A stretch of DNA of 64,000 nt from an uncultured Myxococcales bacterium (GTDB taxonomy: Bacteria; Myxococcota_A; Polyangia; Fen-1088): contig CAZIOH010000020.1 of NCBI GenBank assembly GCA_964540815.1, positions 13,245 through 77,244 on the forward strand, in the 5' to 3' direction. The position numbers and the translations under genes are program-made. The notes beneath the pieces are model-generated. The model ran no database searches and was not told the DNA's origin. It saw nothing but the letters and a program-made list of their open reading frames with translations. This document shows positions 27,277-34,943 of this stretch, one piece after another (within the stretch, counting starts at the first letter, position 1; every line of letters begins with the position of its first letter).

Positions 27277-29933
27277 GCGGCCACCTCGACCGCGGGGGGG
27301 AGGAGGCGCAGGTCGGGGGCGGTCCCGGGGGCCCGCGGGCGCAGCGCGAAGACGGTGAAGAGCAGGATGGACAGCGAGGAGAGGGGCATGAAGATCGCCG
27401 CCCGCACCGGCGACATGCGACCCGAGAGGGCCGTCGACACCGCCAGCACGTTGTAGACGAGGGAGATCGCGAGCACGCTGCGCGCCACCCGGCGCAGGCG
27501 ATGGGCGGCCGCGAGGGCCAGGCGGAGCGGGGCGAGATCGTCCCCGATCAGGAAGAAGTCCGAGCGGCCCGGCAGGATGGGCCGGTCGATGGCCACGGTG
27601 CCGGCGCACAGGGCGTTCCCGAAGGCCAGGGCGTCGTTGGCGCCGTCTCCCAGGAAGAGGGCGTCGTCGCCGCCGATGCGCGCGAGGTCGGTGGCCTTGT
27701 CGGCGGGCGTGCGCCCGGCGTGGGCGCGGTCGACGGGGATGCCAAGGGATCGAGCGAGGCCGGACACCCGGTCGGGTGAATCGCCCGAGATGAGGTGGAT
27801 GTCGTAACCGGCGGCGCGCAGCGCCGCCAGTTCGCCGATGGCGCCGGGGCGCAAGGCTTCGCGGGTCGAGAAGCGCGTCACCACCGCGCCGTCCCTGGTC
27901 AGCCAGGTCCCAGCGGCGGCGCCCGCAGCCGCCCCGACGGGATTCGGGGCGAGCCCCGCGGTGGTCCAGGCCGGGCGCCCGAGCCTCCACAGGCCATCTG
28001 GGCGCTGCCACTCGAGGCCGTCGCCGGGCTGCTCGTGGACCTCGGCCGACGGGTCGTATCCGGCGCCGGCCCGGCCGAGGGCGGCCGCGATGCAGGTGGC
28101 GACGGGGTGGCCGCTGCGGCTGGCGAGGTTGTAAGCGATCGCGCGCGTCTCGGCATCGAGGGAGCCGACGGCGGCGACACCTGCCTCTTCGCTCGCGCCG
28201 TCGCCAGCGCCTTCGCCTTCGCCTTCGCCTTCGCGCTGCACCAGCTCGAGTCGTCGCAAGGTCAAGGTTCCGGTCTTGTCGAAGACCAGCTTGCGCACCC
28301 GCTCCAGCCGATCGAGGAGATCGCCGGTGCGGACGAAGAACCCGGCTCGCCGGAGGCGCGCCTGCACGATCTCGTAGCCGAGTGGCAGGGCGATTCCGAT
28401 CGCGCACGGGCAGGTGACCACCAGCAGGGCCACCGCCACGTCGAGGGCCCGCCCCGGGTCGCGCGGCAGCCACACGCCGACCCCGATGGCCGAGACGCCG
28501 AGCACTCCCGCCACCCACCGGCGGGCGAGGCCGTCCCAGAACTGCAGGTGTCGCGTGGCCCCCGCGCGGGCGGTGGCTGGCTCGTCCGAGGCCGCGCCAC
28601 GCGCTGCGCGGGCGGAGGTCCGTCGCAGCAGAGCCACCAGCGACGAGTCGGCGAAGTTCTGCGCCGCGGTCACCGTGAAGGCCGCCGCGCCCGCGTTGAA
28701 GCTCCCGGCGGGGACCAGCATCCCGGCGCCGAGGGAGCGCGGCACGGACTCCCCGGTGATCCAGTCCATGGAGATGCGGGCGGCCACGTCGCGCAGGTGC
28801 GCATCGACCGGGATCAGCTCGCCGGGAGCCACCAGCAGCCGGTCTCCCGCGCGAATGGAGGGTGCTGGCGCGACCTCCAGCTGGGTGGGCGACCCGTCGC
28901 CGGTCCCGATCCGGCGAACGTAGATCCCCTCGGCGCCGGCGTCCTCGAGCAGGACCTGTCGGTTCCGCTCGAGCACTTGCTGCTGCAAGAAGCGGCCGAG
29001 CAACATGAGCGTGATGAACACGTTGAGCGTGTCGAAGTACACGAGCTCGCCGCCGCGCCCGCGCGCCACCGACGCGACCGAGGTGCCGTAGACCAGGGCG
29101 ATCCCGAGCGCGATGGGCAGGTCCAGGTGCAGGACCCGGCTCTGGAGCCCGCGCACCGCGGTGCGCAGGAAGGGCCAGCCGCCGATGATCACCACGGCGG
29201 TCGATAGCCCGAGCGCGAGGCGAGAGAACAGCCGGTAGAGCTCGGCATCCGAGCGCGCGGACAGACCGAAGTAGAAGCTCAGCGAGAAGAGCATGACGTT
29301 CATGGTGAGCGCCACGACCACCCCGAGTCGCCAGGTCAGGCTGCCGGAGGCGGTCGAGGCGAGCTTGCGCCGCGGCCCGAACTGGTAACCGAATCGCTCG
29401 ATCACCTCGATCCACGCTCGCAGATCGAAGGCGCCGCGATGCCAGGTGAGGCGCGCGCTTCCGAGGGTCGGGTTGACGGTGATGGCGACTCCACCCGCGC
29501 GACGGAAGGTCTCGTTCATCAGCCAGACGCAGGCGGAGCAGTGGATCCCCTGGACGTCGACCTCGACGCTGCAGATGTCCGTGGCACCGCGGGCGCCGTC
29601 GATCGAGACCGCGTCGATCACCGGGTCGAGCCAGGCGTGCGCGCGTGCGCGCGGGGGCTCGCCCACGGGTGCGATGCGCTCCCCCGCCAGATCGTAGTAT
29701 CGGGTCAACCCTGCGGATGCGAGCAGCGCCGCCACCGCCTCACATCCTGCGCAGCAAAAGTCCACCGCGTCGGCCCCCCGATCGGTGATGCGGGATCGGG
29801 GGACGGCACTCCCGCAATGTGCGCACCGCCTCGCGGGCGCCGACGCAGGATTTGCGTGCTTTGATTCGGCCGACGACATCTCGTGCGCGGACACTGCGAA
29901 CGGCATGCCTGTCGAGCGGGTCCGCTGTCGCAT
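27273..29933 (-). CDS. ccoI: Copper-translocating P1B-type ATPase for cbb3 assembly (CcoI/FixI)
   Basis: N-terminal Cys cluster CAHCGS ... FCCAGCEAV, HMA-like CSACVW, eight TM helices with the CPC motif (VVTCPCAIG), phosphorylation site DKTGTLT, hinge GDGANDA. Three in-frame ATGs are possible (29933, 29906, 29879), so the start is uncertain. Confidence 0.85.
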   Translation of the reverse strand: MRQRTRSTGMPFAVSAHEMSSAESKHANPASAPARRCAHCGSAVPRSRITDRGADAVDFCCAGCEAVAALLASAGLTRYYDLAGERIAPVGEPPRARAHAWLDPVIDAVSIDGARGATDICSVEVDVQGIHCSACVWLMNETFRRAGGVAITVNPTLGSARLTWHRGAFDLRAWIEVIERFGYQFGPRRKLASTASGSLTWRLGVVVALTMNVMLFSLSFYFGLSARSDAELYRLFSRLALGLSTAVVIIGGWPFLRTAVRGLQSRVLHLDLPIALGIALVYGTSVASVARGRGGELVYFDTLNVFITLMLLGRFLQQQVLERNRQVLLEDAGAEGIYVRRIGTGDGSPTQLEVAPAPSIRAGDRLLVAPGELIPVDAHLRDVAARISMDWITGESVPRSLGAGMLVPAGSFNAGAAAFTVTAAQNFADSSLVALLRRTSARAARGAASDEPATARAGATRHLQFWDGLARRWVAGVLGVSAIGVGVWLPRDPGRALDVAVALLVVTCPCAIGIALPLGYEIVQARLRRAGFFVRTGDLLDRLERVRKLVFDKTGTLTLRRLELVQREGEGEGEGAGDGASEEAGVAAVGSLDAETRAIAYNLASRSGHPVATCIAAALGRAGAGYDPSAEVHEQPGDGLEWQRPDGLWRLGRPAWTTAGLAPNPVGAAAGAAAGTWLTRDGAVVTRFSTREALRPGAIGELAALRAAGYDIHLISGDSPDRVSGLARSLGIPVDRAHAGRTPADKATDLARIGGDDALFLGDGANDALAFGNALCAGTVAIDRPILPGRSDFFLIGDDLAPLRLALAAAHRLRRVARSVLAISLVYNVLAVSTALSGRMSPVRAAIFMPLSSLSILLFTVFALRPRAPGTAPDLRLLPPAVEVAA

Positions 29934-29965
29934 GCGCGCGGGGCAACCGACGGCACGTCTGTTGA

Positions 29966-30694
29966 ATGGAAAGGTCCCCGACTATCATGCACGCCGCGCT
30001 CGCATTGCTTCTTCCCGGCTCCGAGGCAACGGCCATGCTCGCGACCGCCGCTGCCGCGGCGTTCCTCACCGGGCTCGGGGGGAGCCCACACTGCGCCCTG
30101 ATGTGCGGTCCGCTCGCGTGCGCGGGGCTCGGCGCCGATCGTCGCCAGCGCCGGTGGGCGGCCCTGGCCTGGCACCTCGGTCGACTGGCCGCCTATGCCG
30201 GCGCGGGCGCGCTGCTTGGCGGTGTGGGTCACCGCGCGCTCATGTGGCTGCGGACGCCCGTGGCTCGGGTCCTTCCCTGGTTGATGGTGGCGGGGCTGTT
30301 GCTGTCGGCCCTCGAGGTCGGGAGACGACTGCCGGCGATGCCGTGGCTGGCGGTCGTCCCGCGAACCCTGGGGCGGCTCGGGATGCGGCGGTCGGTCAAC
30401 GCGCGCGCCGCTTTGCGGGGGGCGGCCACGCCATTCCTGCCGTGCGGGCTGCTCTATGGAGCTTTCCTGATCGCGATGGGGAGTGGGTCGAGCCTCGCGG
30501 GGCTGGCGATCATGGTGGCCTTCGCGGGCGGAGCGATCCCCGCCCTGGCCCTGGTCCAGGTCAACTTGCCTCGCCTCGGCGCGAATCCGCGCGCCGAACG
30601 GATCGCGCGCCACGCCGTGCCACTGCTGGCGGCGGGGCTGGTCGCCTGGCGCGCGCTTCACGGCACGGGCGACGGACCGCCGAGCTGTCACTGA
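29966..30694 (+). CDS. DsbD_2 / TauE-SafE-like integral membrane protein with a GSPHCxxMCGP motif
   Basis: ATG at 29966 or 29987. LTGLGGSPHCALMCGPLACAG is the Cys-pair motif of the DsbD_2 / UreH-like thiol-disulfide membrane family. Six predicted TM helices. Divergent from ccoI. Confidence 0.6.
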   Translation: MERSPTIMHAALALLLPGSEATAMLATAAAAAFLTGLGGSPHCALMCGPLACAGLGADRRQRRWAALAWHLGRLAAYAGAGALLGGVGHRALMWLRTPVARVLPWLMVAGLLLSALEVGRRLPAMPWLAVVPRTLGRLGMRRSVNARAALRGAATPFLPCGLLYGAFLIAMGSGSSLAGLAIMVAFAGGAIPALALVQVNLPRLGANPRAERIARHAVPLLAAGLVAWRALHGTGDGPPSCH

Positions 30695-30741
30695 GGGCCA
30701 AGTCGAGGCGCGTCGGAAGAGCCCAGGCGGGTCTTCCGACC

Positions 30742-30912
30742 GGTGCACTAGTGCACCGCCGTCGGAATAGCATCATATTCGGCCGACGATCCGAGCCGGC
30801 CGCTTCGTTGCTCCTCCTCACAATACCTACGGGTATTCCTCGTCGTCGCGCCTCGCGGCCGGCTCGGCTTGCCGGCCTCGGTATTGACGCTATTTCGACG
30901 GCGGTGCACTAG
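30742..30912. repeat. Palindromic ~170-bp intergenic repeat element (MITE/REP-like) with 16-bp perfect palindrome termini
   Basis: Left arm CTAGTGCACCGCCGTCGGAATAGCATCATATTCGGCCGACGATCCGAGCCGGCCGC. The reverse complement of the right arm is CTAGTGCACCGCCGTCGAAATAGCGTCAATACCGAGGCCGGCAAGCCGAGCCGGCCGC, about 80% identical, around a ~50-bp centre. The left terminus is GGTGCACTAGTGCACC. The hemN stop codon lies inside the right terminus. Confidence 0.6.
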
Positions 30913-32381
30913 ACGCTCGAGGAGAAGCGGTGCGTGGGGACTTCCTCGGTGGGCTCGGGTACGGGGGACTCGTCGCTCGATACCCCGGTCGGCACCGCGC
31001 GGGCGGTCAGCTTCGACCCTGGACGCTTGGCTCGGCTCTTCTCGTAGTAGGCGTCGAACACCACCGCGACGTTGCGGACGAACATCCTGCCGAGGGGCGT
31101 GAGCTCGATGCCGTCGTCATCCACGACCACGAGGCCCTCGGTTGCCAGTCCTTGCAGCGCCGCGAGCTCGGCCGCGAAGGTCGGCTCGAACGGAATGCCG
31201 AAGGCGTGCTCGACCCGCCGCCGGTCCACCCGGAACGTGCACATGATCTGCCGGATCACCTCGGCGCGCAGATGATCGTCGAACGAGCGGATGGCGCCGC
31301 GCTCGGTCGGCAAGCGCCCCGCATCGATCGCGGCGTAGTACTCGGGGAGAGTGCGCGCATTCTGGGCATAGGCCGAGGGGAGATCGCTGATCGCCGAGAG
31401 CCCGAGCCCGACCAGCGCATCGGTCCGGGTCGCGGTGTAGCCCTGGAAGTTGCGGTGCAGGCGTCGCTCCTCGGCGGCCTTGGCCAGCGAGTCGGTGGCG
31501 AGCGCGAAGTGATCGAAGCCGATCGGAATGTAACCGGCTCCCGTGAACTGCGCGTGTGCCTCCGACACCAGCCGGAGCCTGCGGTCCACTCCCGGGAGGG
31601 TCCGGACGTCGATGCGCTCCTGCTGCCGGCGCATCCATGGCACGTGGGCATATCCAAAGAGAGCCACCCGATCCGGACGCAGGGCGATGGTCTCGGCCAC
31701 CGTGCGGGCGAAGGTCGCCTCGGTCTGCTCGGGCAGGCCGTAGCACAGATCGACGTTGATGCCCTCGAACCCCGCGGCCCGCGCCAGCTCGAAGGCCGAG
31801 CGCGAGGTGGCGGCGCTCTGGTCACGGCCGATGGCGTGCTGCACGTTCTCGTCCAGATCCTGAAATCCAAAGCTGATGCGTCCCACGCCGAGGCGGCGGT
31901 AGCAGGCGAGCTTCTCGCGATCGGTGGTGCGGGGATCGGCCTCGATGGCGATGGCGGCGTGGTCCGCGAAAGGGAAGCAGGCCCGGAGCTTGGTCACCAG
32001 CCGCTCGATCTCCTCGGGTGACAGCAACGAAGGGCTGCCACCGCCGAAGTGCAGCTCGGCCACCGGGCGCTCGGATCCGAGCGCCTGCGAGACGAGCTCG
32101 ATCTCCCGGAACAGCGCGCCGAGGTAACGATCCATCCGGTCGGGAGTGCGGGCCACCATGGCGTGGCACCCGCAGAAGTGGCAGAGCGTGCGGCAAAATG
32201 GGAGGTGGACGTACAGCGCGAGCGGCGCGCCTGGGCCCACCCCGGCCTCGTGCAAGTTGGTCGCGTGCACGCGCGCGTCGACGATCGGCGAGAACTCCGC
32301 GGCCGTCGGGTAGCTGGTGTAGCGGGGAACCTCGATGACCAGGCGCTTCAGGTCCTCGACGCGAATCTGAGGGCTCTGCAT
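30909..32381 (-). CDS. hemN: Oxygen-independent coproporphyrinogen III oxidase (radical SAM, HemN)
   Basis: ATG at 32381 gives MQSPQIRVEDLKRLVIEVPRYTSYPTA (the HemN N-terminus). Radical-SAM motif CRTLCHFCGC, GGGSPSLL, HemN_C domain. The track ORF adds 348 spurious upstream residues. Confidence 0.9.
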   Translation of the reverse strand: MQSPQIRVEDLKRLVIEVPRYTSYPTAAEFSPIVDARVHATNLHEAGVGPGAPLALYVHLPFCRTLCHFCGCHAMVARTPDRMDRYLGALFREIELVSQALGSERPVAELHFGGGSPSLLSPEEIERLVTKLRACFPFADHAAIAIEADPRTTDREKLACYRRLGVGRISFGFQDLDENVQHAIGRDQSAATSRSAFELARAAGFEGINVDLCYGLPEQTEATFARTVAETIALRPDRVALFGYAHVPWMRRQQERIDVRTLPGVDRRLRLVSEAHAQFTGAGYIPIGFDHFALATDSLAKAAEERRLHRNFQGYTATRTDALVGLGLSAISDLPSAYAQNARTLPEYYAAIDAGRLPTERGAIRSFDDHLRAEVIRQIMCTFRVDRRRVEHAFGIPFEPTFAAELAALQGLATEGLVVVDDDGIELTPLGRMFVRNVAVVFDAYYEKSRAKRPGSKLTARAVPTGVSSDESPVPEPTEEVPTHRFSSSV

Positions 32382-32663
32382 GTTGTCGCTTCCAAATTGC
32401 AAGCCGTGCGCCGGGTCCCTGCCTCGGGCCGTGTCGTGGGAGCCACGGGCGTCTCCGCAAGATCTGCGCATCACCTGCGTGACGGCGCAAACCTTCCGCG
32501 GAAGGCCAACCCGCACCACCACCATTCGCTGGTCCTTTGTTTGCAAAGCGGAATCCGAACGGTGCCCGAAAATCCATCCAGAACGACCGCGCCCGCGTCG
32601 AGGTCGAACCCACCTTCTCCCGTCGGGACTTCCGGTGGGACCCGCTCCGTGACCCTGCTGGTC

Positions 32664-33638
32664 ATGTCGGCGGTCGCGTGCTTGATCGTGGGCGGCATCG
32701 GCGGCTCGTCGAGCAGCCGCGCGGCGGTGCCGGCCGCGGCTCCGATCGCTCCGGCCGCTAGCCCCACGCCAGCTCCGTCGACATCCCCGTCGTCCGTCCG
32801 GACGTCGGTCCGGGCGTCCGTCGAGATCCCCGCCACCGCCGCCACGCTGTTCTCCGCCCGTTGCTCGACCTGTCACAACATCGGAGGTGGAGTGAAGGTC
32901 GGGCCGGATCTGCTGGGGGTCATCACCCGACGGGAGAAGACCTGGTTTGCCCGGTTCGCGCGCGGTCCCTCGGCCGCGATCGACGGTGGGGATCGCATCG
33001 CGGTCGACCTGTTCTCGAAGTTCCAGCCGATCCGCATGCCGGACCAGCCGCTCACCGACGTCGAGGTGGACGGGCTCTGGGCTTACTTCACCGAGTGCAC
33101 CGCCAAGGGAGGATGCCAGCCGGTGCCCATCGGTCCCCGCTGGGGCACCGACGGGAGCGAGCAGGAGATCGCCTACGGCCGCGATCTCTTCTCGGGCAAG
33201 CATCACCTGCATCGCGGCGGACCACCGTGCTTCGCGTGCCACGCCGTGCGCGGCACCGTGGGGCCCGGCTCGGCGGCGGGCCCGGTCGCGCGGGCGACCG
33301 TGGGAGACGAGCTCGGCATCATGGGCGGCGGGACGCTCGGGCCGAACGTGACGTTTGCTTACGCCCGCCTCGGTGAGACCGGGCTCGGGCCCTATCTCGG
33401 CGAGATGTCCACGCCGGTGATGCACGCCGTCTACCAGGGTACCCCGCTCGAGGACGACGAGCAGTTCGCCCTCAAGGCATATCTCGCGCAGCTATCACGC
33501 GATGGAACCAGGCCGCGGAGCGAGCGCGACTTCGTATTCCTCGGCTTCGAAGGGCTCGGCATCGTGCTCGGCGCATTCTCGCTCGGCGCCGGGCTCGGGC
33601 GTCGAGCCAGCAGAAGCGGAAAGCCAAGGGAGCCGTGA
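32664..33638 (+). CDS. Membrane-anchored diheme c-type cytochrome (two class I cytochrome c domains, C-terminal TM anchor)
   Basis: ATG at 32664 (or GTG 32649). Signal MSAVACLIVGGIGG. CSTCHNIGGG and CFACHAVRG heme sites. C-terminal FVFLGFEGLGIVLGAFSLGAGLG hydrophobic helix. Stop overlaps the next gene start (ATGA). Confidence 0.75.
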   Translation: MSAVACLIVGGIGGSSSSRAAVPAAAPIAPAASPTPAPSTSPSSVRTSVRASVEIPATAATLFSARCSTCHNIGGGVKVGPDLLGVITRREKTWFARFARGPSAAIDGGDRIAVDLFSKFQPIRMPDQPLTDVEVDGLWAYFTECTAKGGCQPVPIGPRWGTDGSEQEIAYGRDLFSGKHHLHRGGPPCFACHAVRGTVGPGSAAGPVARATVGDELGIMGGGTLGPNVTFAYARLGETGLGPYLGEMSTPVMHAVYQGTPLEDDEQFALKAYLAQLSRDGTRPRSERDFVFLGFEGLGIVLGAFSLGAGLGRRASRSGKPREP

Positions 33639-34321
33639 ACGCCATCGTCTTCGCGTATGGTCCGTACTTCGCCGTCTTCGGTTTTCTGGCGGCGCGCATG
33701 TACCAGTGGGGCATCCTGCGAAATCGGCCCGCGCCGTCGGTGGCGCCGGTGTCGCCGGCCACCGAGGCCGCGCTGGTCCTGGGGGTCATGACCGTGCTGG
33801 TCGGACACGTGACCACCAGCGTGGCGCCAGGAGCCATGCGGGCGCTGCTGTCCGATCCCGATCGGGTGGCGGTCATCGAGACCGTCGGCCTGGTGGGGGC
33901 CTTGCTGGTGGCCTACGGGGTGGCGGCGCGCCTGCGTCGGCGCGTGCAGGCCTTTCGCGCGGGCATCCCCTTGCAGGGCGGCCCCGTGGCGGTGCTCGCG
34001 CTCTTGCTGGTGGTCTGTCTGTCCGGTGTCTATCTCACCGTCTCGTATCGCTGGATGACCGTGTGGTACGCGTACATCTTCGTTCCCTACACCCGCTCGT
34101 TGGTGTTCATGGAGCCCCTCACCGACGCGGTGGCGGCCAGTCCCTGGGCGGTCCGGCAGCACACCCTCCTCATCATGCTGCTGGTCGCGGCGTGGCCCGC
34201 CTCCGGACTCTCCTTGGTCGAGCTCTTTCCGATCCGGGCGGTCGCGCGGCGTTTTGGCGAGGGCGCGGGCGCGCGGATCGAGGGCGCGCCGTCCGATGCG
34301 GCCGCGGAGCAGGGCCGATGA
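33635..34321 (+). CDS. NarI-like (nitrate reductase gamma-subunit fold) b-type cytochrome membrane protein
   Basis: Five TM helices. AYGPYFAVFGFLAARMYQWG and VLVGHVTT resemble the NarI N-terminus and helix-II His ligand (IYPYIAGAVFLIGSWLRY / IFVGHFFG in E. coli NarI). A second His sits at RQHTLLIMLL. Both start and stop overlap neighbours (ATGA). Confidence 0.6.
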   Translation: MNAIVFAYGPYFAVFGFLAARMYQWGILRNRPAPSVAPVSPATEAALVLGVMTVLVGHVTTSVAPGAMRALLSDPDRVAVIETVGLVGALLVAYGVAARLRRRVQAFRAGIPLQGGPVAVLALLLVVCLSGVYLTVSYRWMTVWYAYIFVPYTRSLVFMEPLTDAVAASPWAVRQHTLLIMLLVAAWPASGLSLVELFPIRAVARRFGEGAGARIEGAPSDAAAEQGR

Positions 34322-34932
34322 GCACTTGGCCCGGCCGAAAGGCCTGCTTGGCGGCTCTCTCGCTGGTCGTCGTGCTGGCGGCCACCGGGTGTCCGGGCAA
34401 GCTCGGTGGGCAGCAGGGCCACGCCCCGGTTCAGCCGATCGCCTTCTCGCATGCGCTGCACGCCGGGCTCTACGCGCTCGATTGCCAGTACTGCCACGCG
34501 GGCGCCGAGCGCAGCCGACACGCGGGGGTCCCCACCGCCTCGGTCTGTCTCAATTGCCACGCCCAGGTCAAGGTGGATGCCCCCGAGATCCGCAAGCTGA
34601 CGGCGCTGGTGCGCACGGATCAGCCGGTGCCCTGGGTCAAGGTGCACCGGCTGCCGGACTTCGCGTTCTTCAGCCACGCGAGCCACGTCTCCGCGGGTCT
34701 CGTCTGTCAGACCTGCCACGGCCAGGTCGAGCGCATGGTCCGGGTCGAGCAGCAGGAGACCATGACCATGGGGTGGTGTCTGCGTTGCCACCGCGACACC
34801 CGCGCCGCGGACGCGCCGGCGCCCGTGCCGCTCGCCACGCTGGCCATGAACCACCTGACGGCCACCAACCCGACCGAGATCCCGCCGCGCCACCTCGAGC
34901 CGCCCACCGACTGCTCGGGTTGCCACCGTTGA
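34318..34932 (+). CDS. actA: ACIII subunit ActA, pentaheme cytochrome c lipoprotein
   Basis: MSTWPGRKACLAALSLVVVLAATGC is a lipoprotein signal. Five CxxCH: CQYCH, CLNCH, CQTCH, CLRCH, CSGCH. Confidence 0.85.
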   Translation: MSTWPGRKACLAALSLVVVLAATGCPGKLGGQQGHAPVQPIAFSHALHAGLYALDCQYCHAGAERSRHAGVPTASVCLNCHAQVKVDAPEIRKLTALVRTDQPVPWVKVHRLPDFAFFSHASHVSAGLVCQTCHGQVERMVRVEQQETMTMGWCLRCHRDTRAADAPAPVPLATLAMNHLTATNPTEIPPRHLEPPTDCSGCHR

Positions 34933-34943
34933 AGAAGAGCGCC

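Noticed and set aside
30742-30912. Possible insertion sequence or mobile element
   Set aside because: No transposase or integrase ORF here or anywhere in the window. The element is a small non-coding palindrome, so I classed it as a repeat rather than a mobile element.
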